DNA of 26,060 nt from Squalus acanthias. Taxonomy: Eukaryota. Positions within the stretch are counted from its first letter, which is position 1, and each line of letters begins with the position of its first letter. Shown piece after piece: positions 6,411 to 21,400 of this stretch. The position numbers and the translations under genes are program-made. A model generated the notes under the pieces. The model did not search any database, was not told where the DNA came from, and worked only from the letters and a program-made list of their open reading frames with translations. Location of the stretch: the NCBI GenBank assembly GCA_030390025.1, contig JASTWF010000339.1, positions 496,001 through 522,060 on the forward strand, written 5' to 3'.

Positions 6411-9400
6411 ATTCTGTACACACTGAACTCCCGCAGTATGAATGGGGATTCCATGTGTGTGTGTGTGTTTCCAGTGATCCCCATTCACACTCTGGGGATT
6501 CTGTACACACTGAACTCCCACAGTATGAATGGAGATTCCATGTGTGTGTGTGTGTTTCCAGTGATCCCCATTCACACTCTGGGGATTCTGTACACACTGA
6601 ACTCCCGCAGTATGAATGGGGATTCCATGTGTGTGTGTGTGTGTTTCCAGTCATCCCCATTCACACTCTGGGGATTCTGTACACACTGAACTCCCACAGT
6701 ACGAATGGAGATTCCATGTGTGTGTGTGTTTCCAGTGATCCCCATTCACACTCTGGGGATTCTGTACACACTGAACTCCCACAGTACGAATGGGGATTCC
6801 ATCTGTATGTTTCCAGTGATCCCCATTCACACTCTGGGGATTCTGTACACACTGAACTCCCACAGTATGAATGGGGATTCCATGTGTGTGTTTCCAGTGA
6901 TCCCCATTCACACTCTGGGGATTCTGTACACTGAACTCCCACAGTATGAATGGGGATTCCATGTGTGTGTGTGTGTTTCCAGTGATCCCCATTCACACTC
7001 TGGGGATTCTGTACACACTGAACTCCCACAGTGTGAATGGGGATTCCATGTGTGTGTGTATGTTTCCAGTGATCCCCATTCACACTCTGGGGATTCTGTA
7101 AACACTGAACTCCCACGGTATGAATGGGTATTCCATGTGTGTGAGTGTTTTCAGTGATCCCCATTCACACTCTGGGGATTCTGTACACACTGAACTCTCA
7201 CAGTATGAATGGGGATTCCCTGTGTGTGTGTGTGTTTCCAGTGATCCCCATTCACACTCTGTGGATTCTCTACACTGAACTCCCACAGTATGAATGGGGA
7301 TTCCATGTGTGTGTGTGTGTTTTTCCAGTGATTCCCATTCACACTCTGTGGATTCTCTACACTGAACTCCCACAGTATGAATGGGGATTCCATGTGTGTA
7401 TGTTTTTCCAGTGATCCCCATTCACACTCTGGGGATTCTGTACACACTGAACTCCCACAGTATGAATGGGGATTCCATGTGTGTGTATGTTTCCAGTGAT
7501 CCCCATTCACACTCTGGGGATTCTGTGCACACTGCATCCCACAGTATGAATGGGGATTCCATGTGTCTGTGTGTGTTTCCAGTGATCCCCATTCACACTC
7601 TGGGGATTCTGTGCACTTGAACTCCCACAGTATGAATGGGGATTCCATGTGTGTGTGTGTTTCCAGTGATCCCCATTCACACTCTGGGGATTCTGTACAC
7701 ACTGAACTCCCACAGTATGAATGGAGATTCCATGTGTGTGTGTGTGTTTTTCCAGTGATCCCCATTCACACTCTGGGGATTCTGTACACACTGAACTCCC
7801 ACAGTATGAATGTGGATTCCATGTGCGTGTGTATGTTTCCAGTGATCCCCATTCACACTCTGGGGGTTCTGTACACACTGAACTCCCACAGTATGAATGG
7901 GGATTCCATGTGTGTGTGTGTTTCCAGTGATCCCCATTCACACTCTGGGGATTCTGTACACACTGAACTCCCACGGTATGAATGGGGATTTCCTGTGTGT
8001 GTGTGTTTCCAGTGATTCCCATTAACACTCTGGGGATTCTGTACACACTGAACTCCCACAGTATGGATGGGGATTTCCTGTGTGTGTGTATGTTTCCAGT
8101 GATCCCCATTCACACTCTGGGGATTCTCCACACACTGAACTCCCACAGTATGAATGGGGATTCCATGTGTTTGTGTGTTTCCAGTGATCCGCATTCACAA
8201 TCTGGGGATTCTGTACACTGAACTCCCACAGTATGAATGGGGATTCCATGTGTGTGTGTCTGTTTCCAGTGATCCCCAATCACACTCTGGGGATTCTGTA
8301 AACACTGAACTCCCACGGTATGAATGGGTATTCCATGTGTGTGAGTGTTTTCAGTGATCCCCATTCACACTCTGGGGATTCTGTACACACTGAACTCTCA
8401 CAGTATGAATGGGGATTCCCTGTGTGTGTGTGTGTTTCCAGTGATCCCCATTCACTCTCTGGGGATTCTGTACACACTAAACTCCCACAGTATGAATGGG
8501 GATTCCATGTGTGTGTGTGTGTGTTTCCAGATATCCCCATTCACACTCTGGGGATTCTGTACACACTAAACTCCCACAGTATGAATGGGGATTCCATGTG
8601 TGTGTGTGTGTTTTTCCAGTGATTCGCATTCACACTCTGTGGATTCTCTACACTGAACTCCCACAGTATGAATGGGGATTCCATGTGTGTGTGTGTGTTT
8701 CCAGTGATCCCCATTCACTCTGGGGATTCTCTACATTGAACTCCCACAGTATGAATGGGGATTCCATGTGTGTGTGTGTTTCCAGTGATCCCTATTCACA
8801 CTCTGGGGATTCTGTACACACTGAACTCCCACAGTATGAATGAGGATTCCATGTGTCTGTGTGTGTTTCCAGTGATCCCCATTCACACTCTGGGGATTCT
8901 GTACACACTGAACTCCCACAGTATGAATGGGGATTCCATGTGTGTGTGTGTGTTTTTCCAGTGATTCCCATTCACACTCTGTGGATTCTCTACACTGAAC
9001 TCCCACAGTATGAATGGGGATTCCATGTGTGTATGTTTTTCCAGTGATCCCCATTCACACTCTGGGGATTCTGTACACACTGAACTCCCACAGTATGAAT
9101 GGGGATTCCATGTGTGTGTATGTTTCCAGTGATCCCCATTCACACTCTGGGGATTCTGTGCACACTGCATCCCACAGTATGAATGGGGATTCCATGTGTC
9201 TGTGTGTGTTTCCAGTGATCCCCATTCACACTCTGGGGATTCTCTACATTGAACTCCCACAGTATGAATGGGGATTCCATGTGTGTGTGTGTTTCCAGTG
9301 ATTCCCATTAACACTCTGGGGATTCTGTACACACTGAACTCCCACAGTATGGATGGGGATTTCCTGTGTGTGTGTATGTTTCCAGTGATCCCCATTCACA

Positions 9401-12400
9401 CTCTGGGGATTCTCCACACACTGAACTCCCACAGTATGAATGGGGATTCCATGTGTTTGTGTGTTTCCAGTGATCCGCATTCACAATCTGGGGATTCTGT
9501 ACACTGAACTCCCACAGTATGAATGGGGATTCCATGTGTGTGTGTCTGTTTCCAGTGATCCCCAATCACACTCTGGGGATTCTGTAAACACTGAACTCCC
9601 ACGGTATGAATGGGTATTCCATGTGTGTGAGTGTTTTCAGTGAACCCCATTCACACTCTGGGGATTCTGTACACACTGAACTCTCACAGTATGAATGGGG
9701 ATTCCCTGTGTGTGTGTGTGTTTCCAGTGATCCCCATTCACTCTCTGGGGATTCTGTACACACTAAACTCCCACAGTATGAATGGGGATTCCATGTGTGT
9801 GTGTGTGTTTCCAGATATCCCCATTCACACTCTGGGGATTCTGTACACACTAAACTCCCACAGTATGAATGGGGATTCCATGTGTGTGTGTGTGTTTTTC
9901 CAGTGATTCGCATTCACACTCTGTGGATTCTCTACACTGAACTCCCACAGTATGAATGGGGATTCCATGTGTGTTTGTTTTTCCAGTGATCCCCATTCAC
10001 ACTCTGGGGATTCTGTACACACTGAACTCCCACAGTATGAATGGGGATTCCATGTGTGTGTATGTTTCCAGTGATCCCCATTCACACTCTGGGGATTCTG
10101 TGCACACTGCATCCCACAGTATGAATGGGGATTCCATGTGTCTGTGTGTGTTTCCAGTGATCCCCATTCACACTCTGGGGATTCTGTGTCACTTGAACTC
10201 CCACAGTATGAATGGGGATTCCATGTGTGTGTGTGTTTCCAGTGATCCCCATTCACACTCTGGGGATTCTGTACACACTGAACTCCCACAGTATGAATGG
10301 AGATTCCATGTGTGTGTGTGTGTTTTTCCAGTGATCCCCAGTCACACTCTGGGGATTCTGTACACACTGAACTCCCACAGTATGAATGGGGATTCCATGT
10401 GCGTGTGTATGTTTCCAGTGATCCCCATTCACACTCTGGGGATTCTGTGCACACTGAACTCCCACAGTATGAATGGGGATTCCATGTGTCTGTGTGTGTT
10501 TCCAGTGATCCCCATTCACACTCTGGGGATTCTGTGCACTTGAACTCCCACAGTATGAATGGGGATTCCATGTGTGTGTGTGTTTCCAGTGATCCCCATT
10601 CACACTCTGGGGATTCTGTACACACTGAACTCCCACAGTATGAATGGGGATTCCATGTGTGTGTGTGTGTTTTCCAGTGATCCCCATTCACACTCTGGGG
10701 ATTCTGTACACTGAACTCCCACAGTATGAATGGGGATGCCATGTGTGTGTGTGTGTTTCCAGTGATCCCCATTCACACTCTGGGGATTCTGTACACACTG
10801 AACTCCCACAGTATGAATGGGGATTCCATGTGTGTGTGTATGTTTCCAGTGATCCCCATTCACACTCTGGGGATTCTGTACACACTGAACTCCCACAGTA
10901 TGAATGGGGATTCCATGTGTGTTAGTGTTTTCAGTGATCCCCATTCACACTCTGGGGATTCTGTACACACTGAACTCCCACAGTATGAATGGGGATTCCA
11001 TGTGTGTGTGTGTGTTTCCAGTGATCCCCATTCACACTCTGGGGATTCTGTACACACTGAACTCCCACAGTATGAATGGGGATTCCATGTGTGTGTGTGT
11101 GTTTCCAGTGATCCCCATTCACACTCTGGGGATTCTGTACACACTAAACTCCCACAGTATGAATGGGGATTCCATGTGTGTGTGTGTGTTTTCCAGTGAT
11201 CCCCATTCACACTCTGGGATTCTCTACACTGAACTCCCACAGTATGAATGGGGATTCCATGTGTGTGTGTGTGTTTCCAGTGATCCCCATTCACACTCTG
11301 GGGATTCTCTACACTGAACTCCCACAGTATGAATGGGGATTCCATGTGTGTGTGTGTTTCCAGTGATCCCCATTCACACTCTGGGGATTCTGTACACACT
11401 GAACTCCCACAGTATGAATGGGGATTCCATGTGTGTGTGTGTGTTTCCAGTGATCCCATTCACACTCTGGGGATTCTCTACACTGAACTCCCACAGTATG
11501 AATGGGGATTCCATGTGTGTGTGTTTTTCCAGTGATCCCATTCACACTCTGGGGATTCTGTACACACTGAACTCCCACAGTATGAATGGGGATTCCATGT
11601 GTGTGTGTGTTTCCAGTGATCCCCATTCACACTCTGGGGATTCTGTACACACTGAACTCCCACAGTATGAATGGGGATTCCATGTGTGTGTGTGTGTTTC
11701 CAGTGATCCCCATTCACACTCTGGGGATTCTGTACACTTGAACTCCCACAGTATGAATGGGGATTCCATGTGTGTGTGTGTTTCCAGTGATCCCCATTCA
11801 CACTCTGGGGATTCTGTACACACTGAACTCCCACAGTATGAATGGGGATTCCATGTGTGTGTGTGTGTTTCCAGTGATCCCCATTCACACTCTGGGGATT
11901 CTGTACACACTGAACTCCCACAGTATGAATGGGGATTCCATGTGTGTGTGTGTTTCCAGTGATCCCATTCACACTCTGGGGATTCTGTACACACTGAACT
12001 CCCACAGTATGATGGGGATTTCCTGTGTGTGTGTATGTTTCCAGTGATCCCCATTCACACTCTGGGGATTCTCCACACACTGAACTCCCACAGTATGAAT
12101 GGGGATTCCATGTGTTTGTGTGTTTCCAGTGATCCGCATTCACACTCTGGGGATTCTGTACACTGAACTCCCACAGTATGAATGGGGATTCCATGTGTGT
12201 GTGTCTGTTTCCAGTGATCCCCATTCACACTCTGGGGATTCTGTACACACTGAACTCCCACAGTATGAATGGGGATTCCATGTGTGTGTGTGTTTTCAGT
12301 GATCCCCATTCACACTCTGGGGATTCTGTACACACTGAACTCTCACAGTATGAATGGGGATTCCCTGTGTGTGTGTGTGTTTCCAGTGATCCCCATTCAC

Positions 12401-15400
12401 ACTCTGGGGATTCTGTACACACTAAACTCCCACAGTATGAATGGGGATTCCATGTGTGTGTGTGTGTTTCCAGATATCCCCATTCACACTCTGGGGATTC
12501 TGTACACACTGAACTCCCACAGTATGAATGGGGATTCCATGTGTGTGTGTGTGTTTTCCAGTGATTCGCATTCACACTCTGTGGATTCTCTACACTGAAC
12601 TCCCACAGTATGAATGGGGATTCCATGTGTGTATGTTTTTCCAGTGATCCCCATTCACACTCTGGGGATTCTGTACACACTGAACTCCCACAGTATGAAT
12701 GGGGATTCCATGTGTGTGTATGTTTCCAGTGATCCCCATTCACACTCTGGGGATTCTGTGCACACTGTACTCCCACAGTATGAATGGGGATTCCATGTGT
12801 CTGTGTGTGTTTCCAGTGATCCCCATTCACACTCTGGGGATTCTGTGCACTTGAACTCCCACAGTATGAATGGGGATTCCATGTGTGTGTGTGTTTCCAG
12901 TGATCCCCATTCACACTCTGGGGATTCTGTACACACTGAACTCCCACAGTATGAATGGAGATTCCATGTGTGTGTGTGTGTTTTCCAGTGATCCCCATTC
13001 ACACTCTGGGGATTCTGTACACACTGAACTCCCACAGTATGAATGTGGATTCCATGTGCGTGTGTATGTTTCCAGTGATCCCCATTCACACTCTGGGGAT
13101 TCTGTACACACTGAACTCCCACAGTATGAATGGGGATTCCATGTGTGTGTGTGTTTCCAGTGATCCCCATTCACACTCTGGGGATTCTGTACACACTGAA
13201 CTCCCACAGTATGAATGGGGATTCCTGTGTGTGTGTGTGTTTCCAGTGATTCCCATTCACACTCTGGGGATTCTGTACACACTGAACTCCCACAGTATGA
13301 ATGGGGATTCCTGTGTGTGTGTTGTTTCCAGTGATCCCCATTCACACTCTGGGGATTCTCCACACACTGAACTCCCACAGTATGAATGGGGATTCCATGT
13401 GTTTGTGTGTTTCCAGTGATCCGCATTCACAATCTGGGGATTCTGTACACTGAACTCCCACAGTATGAATGGGGATTCCATGTGTGTGTGTCTGTTTCCA
13501 GTGATCCCCATTCACACTCTGGGGATTCTGTAAACACTGAACTCCCACAGTATGAATGGGTATTCCATGTGTGTGAGTGTTTTCAGTGATCCCCATTCAC
13601 ACTCTGGGGATTCTGTACACACTGAACTCTCACAGTATGAATGGGGATTCCCTGTGTGTGTGTGTGTTTCCAGTGATCCCCATTCACACTCTGGGGATTC
13701 TGTACACACTGAACTCCCACAGTATGAATGGGGATTCCATGTGTGTGTGTGTGTTTCCAGTGATCCCCATTCACACTCTGGGGATTCTGTACACACTGAA
13801 CTCCCACAGTATGAATGGGGATTCCATGTGTGTGTGTGTGTTTTCCAGTGATTCGCATTCACACTCTGTGGATTCTCTACACTGAACTCCCACAGTATGA
13901 ATGGGGATTCCATGTGTGTGTGTGTGTTTCCAGTGATCCCCATTCACTCTGGGGATTCTCTACATTGAACTCCCACAGTATGAATGGGGATTCCATGTGT
14001 GTGTGTGTTTCCAGTGATCCCTATTCACACTCTGGGGATTCTGTACACACTGAACTCCCACAGTATGAATGGGATTCCATGTGTCTGTGTGTGTTTCCAG
14101 TGATCCCCATTCACACTCTGGGGATTCTGTACACACTGAACTCCCACAGTATGAATGGGGATTCCATGTGTGTGTGTGTGTTTTCCAGTGATCCCCATTC
14201 ACACTCTGGGGATTCTCTACACTGAACTCCCACAGTATGAATGGGGATTCCATGTGTGTGTGTTTTTCCAGTGATCCCCATTCACACTCTGGGGATTCTG
14301 TACACACTGAACTCCCACAGTATGAATGGGGATTCCATGTGTGTGTATGTTTCCAGTGATCCCCATTCACACTCTGGGGATTCTGTACACACTGAACTCC
14401 CACAGTATGAATGGGGATTCCATGTGTGTGTGTGTTTCCAGTGATCCCCATTCACACTCTGGGGATTCTGTACACTGAACTCCCACAGTATGAATGGGGA
14501 TTCCATGTGTGTGTGTGTTTCCAGTGATCCCCATTCACACTCTGGGGATTCTGTACACACTGAACTCCCACAGTATGAATGGGGATTCCATGTGTGTGTG
14601 TGTGTTTCCAGTGATCCCCATTCACACTCTGGGGATTCTGTACACACTGAACTCCCACAGTATGAATGGGGATTCCATGTGTGTGTGTGTGTTTCCAGTG
14701 ATCCCCATTCACACTCTGGGGATTCTGTACACACTGAACTCCCACAGTATGAATGGGGATTCCATGTGTGTGTGTGTGTTTCCAGTGATCCCATTCACAC
14801 TCTGGGGATTCTGTACACACTGAACTCCCACAGTATGAATGGGGATTCCATGTGTGTGTGTGTGTTTCCAGTGATCCCCATTCACTCTGGGGATTCTGTA
14901 CACACTGAACTCCCACAGTATGAATGGGGATTCCATGTGTGTGTGTGTTTCCAGTGATCCCCATTCACACTCTGGGGATTCTGTACACACTGAACTCCCA
15001 CAGTATGAATGGGGATTCCATGTGTTGTGTGTGTTTCCAGTGATCCCCATTCACACTCTGGGGATTCTGTACACACTGAACTCCCACAGTATGAATGGGG
15101 ATTCCATGTGTGTGTGTGTGTTTCCAGTGATCCCATTCACACTCTGGGATTCTGTACACTGAACTCCCACAGTATGAATGGGGATTCCATGTGTGTGTGT
15201 GTTTCCAGTGATCCCCATTCACACTCTGGGGATTCTGTACACACTGAACTCCCACAGTATGAATGGGGATTCCATGTGTGTGTGTGTTTCCAGTGATCCC
15301 CATTCACACTCTGGGGATTCTGTACACACTGAACTCCCACAGTATGAATGGGGATTCCATGTGTGTGTGTGTGTTTCCAGTGATCCCCATTCACACTCTG

Positions 15401-18400
15401 GGGATTCTGTACACACTGAACTCCCACAGTATGAATGGGGATTCCATGTGTGTGTGTGTTTCCAGTGATCCCCATTCACACTCTGGGGATTCTGTACACA
15501 CTGAACTCCCACAGTATGAATGGGGATTCCATGTGTGTGTGTGTTTCCAGTGATCCCCATTCACACTCTGGGGATTCTGTACACACTGAACTCCCACAGT
15601 ATGAATGGGGATTCCATGTGTGTGTGTGTGTTTCCAGTGATCCCCATTCACACTCTGGGGATTCTGTACACTGAACTCCCACAGTATGAATGGGGATTCC
15701 ATGTGTGTGTGTGTGTTTCCAGTGATCCCCATTCACACTCTGGGGATTCTGTACACACTGAACTCCCACAGTATGAATGGGGATTCCATGTGTGTGTGTG
15801 TGTTTCCAGTGATCCCCATTCACACTCTGGGGATTCTGTACACACTGAACTCCCACAGTATGAATGGGGATTCCATGTGTGTGTGTGTGTTTCCAGTGAT
15901 CCCCATTCACACTCTGGGGATTCTGTACACACTGAACTCCCACAGTATGAATGGGGATTCCATGTGTGTGTGTGTGTTTCCAGTGATCCCCATTCACACT
16001 CTGGGGATTCTGTACACACTGAACTCCCACAGTATGAATGGGGATTCCATGTGTGTGTGTGTTTCCAGTGATCCCCATTCACACTCTGGGGATTCTGTAC
16101 ACTGAACTCCCACAGTATGAATGGGGATTCCATGTGTGTGTGTGTTTCCAGTGATCCCCATTCACACTCTGGGGATTCTGTACACACTGAACTCCCACAG
16201 TATGAATGGGGATTCCATGTGTGTGTGTGTTTCCAGTGATCCCCATTCACACTCTGGGGATTCTGTACACACTGAACTCCCACAGTATGAATGGGGATTC
16301 CATGTGTGTGTGTGTTTCCAGTGATCCCCATTCACACTCTGGGGATTCTGTACACACTGAACTCCCACAGTATGAATGGGGATTCCATGTGTGTGTGTGT
16401 TTCCAGTGATCCCCATTCACACTCTGGGGATTCTGTACACACTGAACTCCCACAGTATGAATGGGGATTCCATGTGTGTGTGTGTGTTTCCAGTGATCCC
16501 CATTCACACTCTGGGGATTCTGTACACACTGAACTCCCACAGTATGAATGGGGATTCCATGTGTGTGTGTGTTTCCAGTGATCCCCATTCACACTCTGGG
16601 GATTCTGTACACACTGAACTCCCACAGTATGAATGGGGATTCCATGTGTGTGTGTGTTTCCAGTGATCCCCATTCACACTCTGGGGATTCTGTACACACT
16701 GAACTCCCACAGTATGAATGGGGATTCCATGTGTGTGTGTGTTTCCAGTGATCCCCATTCACACTCTGGGGATTCTGTACACACTGAACTCCCACAGTAT
16801 GAATGGGGATTCCATGTGTGTGTGTGTGTTTCCAGTGATCCCCATTCACACTCTGGGGATTCTGTACACTGAACTCCCACAGTATGAATGGGGATTCCAT
16901 GTGTGTGTGTGTGTTTCCAGTGATCCCCATTCACACTCTGGGGATTCTGTACACACTGAACTCCCACAGTATGAATGGGGATTCCATGTGTGTGTGTTGT
17001 TTCCAGTGATCCCCATTCACACTCTGGGGATTCTGTACACACTGAACTCCCACAGTATGAATGGGGATTCCATGTGTGTGTGTGTTTCCAGTGATCCCCA
17101 TTCACACTCTGGGGATTCTGTACACACTGAACTCCCACAGTATGAATGGGGATTCCTGTGTGTGTGTGTGTTTCCAGTGATCCCCATTCACACTCTGGGG
17201 ATTCTGTACACACTGAACTCCCACAGTATGAATGGGGATTCCATGTGTGTGTGTGTGTTTCCAGTGATCCCCATTCACACTCTGGGGATTCTGTACACAC
17301 TGAACTCCCACAGTATGAATGGGGATTCCATGTGTGTGTGTGTTTTCCAGTGATCCCCATTCACACTCTGGGGATTCTGTACACACTGAACTCCCACAGT
17401 ATGAATGGGGATTCCATGTGTGTGTGTGTTTCCAGTGATCCCCATTCACACTCTGGGGATTCTGTACACTGAACTCCCACAGTATGAATGGGGATTCCAT
17501 GTGTGTGTGTGTTTCCAGTGATCCCCATTCACACTCTGGGGATTCTGTACACACTGAACTCCCACAGTATGAATGGGGATTCCATGTGTGTGTGTGTGTT
17601 TCCAGTGATCCCCATTCACACTCTGGGGATTCTGTACACTGAACTCCCACAGTATGAATGGGGATTCCATGTGTGTGTGTGTTTCCAGTGATCCCCATTC
17701 ACACTCTGGGGATTCTGTACACACTGAACTCCCACAGTATGAATGGGGATTCCATGTGTGTGTGTGTTTCCAGTGATCCCCATTCACACTCTGGGGATTC
17801 TGTACACACTGAACTCCCACAGTATGAATGGGGATTCCATGTGTGTGTGTGTGTTTCCAGTGATCCCCATTCACACTCTGGGGATTCTGTACACACTGAA
17901 CTCCCACAGTATGAATGGGGATTCCATGTGTGTGTGTGTTTCCAGTGATCCCCATTCACACTCTGGGGATTCTGTACACACTGAACTCCCACAGTATGAA
18001 TGGGGATTCCATGTGTGTGTGTGTGTTTCCAGTGATCCCCATTCACACTCTGGGGATTCTGTACACACTGAACTCCCACAGTATGAATGGGGATTCCATG
18101 TGTGTGTGTGTTTCCAGTGATCCCCATTCACACTCTGGGGATTCTGTACACACTGAACTCCCACAGTATGAATGGGGATTCCATGTGTGTGTGTTGTTTC
18201 CAGTGATCCCCATTCACACTCTGGGGATTCTGTACACACTGAACTCCCACAGTATGAATGGGGATTCCATGTGTGTGTGTGTTTCCAGTGATCCCCATTC
18301 ACACTCTGGGGATTCTGTACACTGAACTCCCACAGTATGAATGGGGATTCCATGTGTGTGTGTGTTTCCAGTGATCCCCATTCACACTCTGGGGATTCTG

Positions 18401-21400
18401 TACACACTGAACTCCCACAGTATGAATGGGGATTCCATGTGTGTGTGTGTTTCCAGTGATCCCCATTCACACTCTGGGGATTCTGTACACACTGAACTCC
18501 CACAGTATGAATGGGGATTCCATGTGTGTGTGTGTGTTTCCAGTGATCCCCATTCACACTCTGGGGATTCTGTACACACTGAACTCCCACAGTATGAATG
18601 GGGATTCCATGTGTGTGTGTGTGTTTCCAGTGATCCCCATTCACACTCTGGGGATTCTGTACACTGAACTCCCACAGTATGAATGGGGATTCCATGTGTG
18701 TGTGTGTTTCCAGTGATCCCCATTCACACTCTGGGGATTCTGTACACACTGAACTCCCACAGTATGAATGGGGATTCCATGTGTGTGTGTGTTTCCAGTG
18801 ATCCCCATTCACACTCTGGGGATTCTGTACACACTGAACTCCCACAGTATGAATGGGGATTCCATGTGTGTGTGTGTGTTTCCAGTGATCCCCATTCACA
18901 CTCTGGGGATTCTGTACACTGAACTCCCACAGTATGAATGGGGATTCCATGTGTGTGTGTGTTTCCAGTGATCCCCATTCACACTCTGGGGATTCTGTAC
19001 ACACTGAACTCCCACAGTATGAATGGGGATTCCATGTGTGTGTGTGTGTTTCCAGTGATCCCCATTCACACTCTGGGGATTCTGTACACACTGAACTCCC
19101 ACAGTATGAATGGGGATTCCATGTGTGTGTGTGTTTCCAGTGATCCCCATTCACACTCTGGGGATTCTGTACACACTGAACTCCCACAGTATGAATGGGG
19201 ATTCCATGTGTGTGTGTGTTTCCAGTGATCCCCATTCACACTCTGGGGATTCTGTACACACTGAACTCCCACAGTATGAATGGGGATTCCTGTGTGTGTG
19301 TGTGTTTCCAGTGATCCCCATTCACACTCTGGGGATTCTGTACACACTGAACTCCCACAGTATGAATGGGGATTCCATGTGTGTGTGTGTTTCCAGTGAT
19401 CCCCATTCACACTCTGGGGATTCTGTACACACTGAACTCCCACAGTATGAATGGGGATTCCATGTGTGTGTGTGTTTCCAGTGATCCCCATTCACACTCT
19501 GGGGATTCTGTACACTGAACTCCCACAGTATGAATGGGGATTCCATGTGTGTGTGTTGTTTCCAGTGATCCCCATTCACACTCTGGGGATTCTGTACACA
19601 CTGAACTCCCACAGTATGAATGGGGATTCCATGTGTGTGTGTGTTTCCAGTGATCCCCATTCACACTCTGGGGATTCTGTACACACTGAACTCCCACAGT
19701 ATGAATGGGGATTCCATGTGTGTGTGTGTGTTTCCAGTGATCCCCATTCACACTCTGGGGATTCTGTACACACTGAACTCCCACAGTATGAATGGGGATT
19801 CCATGTGTGTGTGTGTGTTTCCAGTGATCCCCATTCACACTCTGGGGATTCTGTACACACTGAACTCCCACAGTATGAATGGGGATTCCATGTGTGTGTG
19901 TGTGTTTCCAGTGATCCCCATTCACACTCTGGGGATTCTGTACACACTGAACTCCCACAGTATGAATGGGGATTCCATGTGTGTGTGTGTGTTTCCAGTG
20001 ATCCCCATTCACACTCTGGGGATTCTGTACACACTGAACTCCCACAGTATGAATGGGGATTCCATGTGTGTGTGTGTTTCCAGTGATCCCCATTCACACT
20101 CTGGGGATTCTGTACACACTGAACTCCCACAGTATGAATGGGGATTCCATGTGTGTGTGTGTGTTTCCAGTGATCCCCATTCACACTCTGGGGATTCTGT
20201 ACACACTGAACTCCCACAGTATGAATGGGGATTCCATGTGTGTGTGTGTGTTTCCAGTGATCCCATTCACACTCTGGGGATTCTGTACACTGAACTCCCA
20301 CAGTATGAATGGGGATTCCATGTGTGTGTGTGTTTCCAGTGATCCCCATTCACACTCTGGGGATTCTGTACACACTGAACTCCCACAGTATGAATGGGGA
20401 TTCCATGTGTGTGTGTGTTTCCAGTGATCCCCATTCACACTCTGGGGATTCTGTACACACTGAACTCCCACAGTATGAATGGGGATTCCATGTGTGTGTG
20501 TGTGTTTCCAGTGATCCCCATTCACACTCTGGGGATTCTGTACACTGAACTCCCACAGTATGAATGGGGATTCCATGTGTGTGTGTGTGTTTCCAGTGAT
20601 CCCCATTCACACTCTGGGGATTCTGTACACACTGAACTCCCACAGTATGAATGGGGATTCCATGTGTGTGTGTGTGTTTCCAGTGATCCCCATTCACACT
20701 CTGGGGATTCTGTACACACTGAACTCCCACAGTATGAATGGGGATTCCATGTGTGTGTGTGTGTTTCCAGTGATCCCCATTCACACTCTGGGGATTCTGT
20801 ACACACTGAACTCCCACAGTATGAATGGGGATTCCATGTGTGTGTGTGTTTCCAGTGATCCCCATTCACACTCTGGGGATTCTGTACACACTGAACTCCC
20901 ACAGTATGAATGGGGATTCCATGTGTGTGTGTGTTTCCAGTGATCCCCATTCACACTCTGGGGATTCTGTACACACTGAACTCCCACAGTATGAATGGGG
21001 ATTCCATGTGTGTGTGTGTGTTTCCAGTGATCCCCATTCACACTCTGGGGATTCTGTACACACTGAACTCCCACAGTATGAATGGGGATTCCATGTGTGT
21101 GTGTGTGTTTCCAGTGATCCCCATTCACACTCTGGGGATTCTGTACACACTGAACTCCCACAGTATGAATGGGGATTCCATGTGTGTGTGTGTGTTTCCA
21201 GTGATCCCCATTCACACTCTGGGGATTCTGTACACACTGAACTCCCACAGTATGAATGGGGATTCCATGTGTGTGTGTGTTTCCAGTGATCCCCATTCAC
21301 ACTCTGGGGATTCTGTACACACTGAACTCCCACAGTATGAATGGGGATTCCATGTGTGTGTGTGTGTTTCCAGTGATCCCCATTCACACTCTGGGGATTC

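Noticed and set aside
6411..6430. Satellite derived from the CR1 3' octamer (ATTCTRTG) or from the Harbinger TIR
   Set aside because: Similarity is limited to 4-7 bases, and CR1-C is cut far upstream of where its 3' tail would be.
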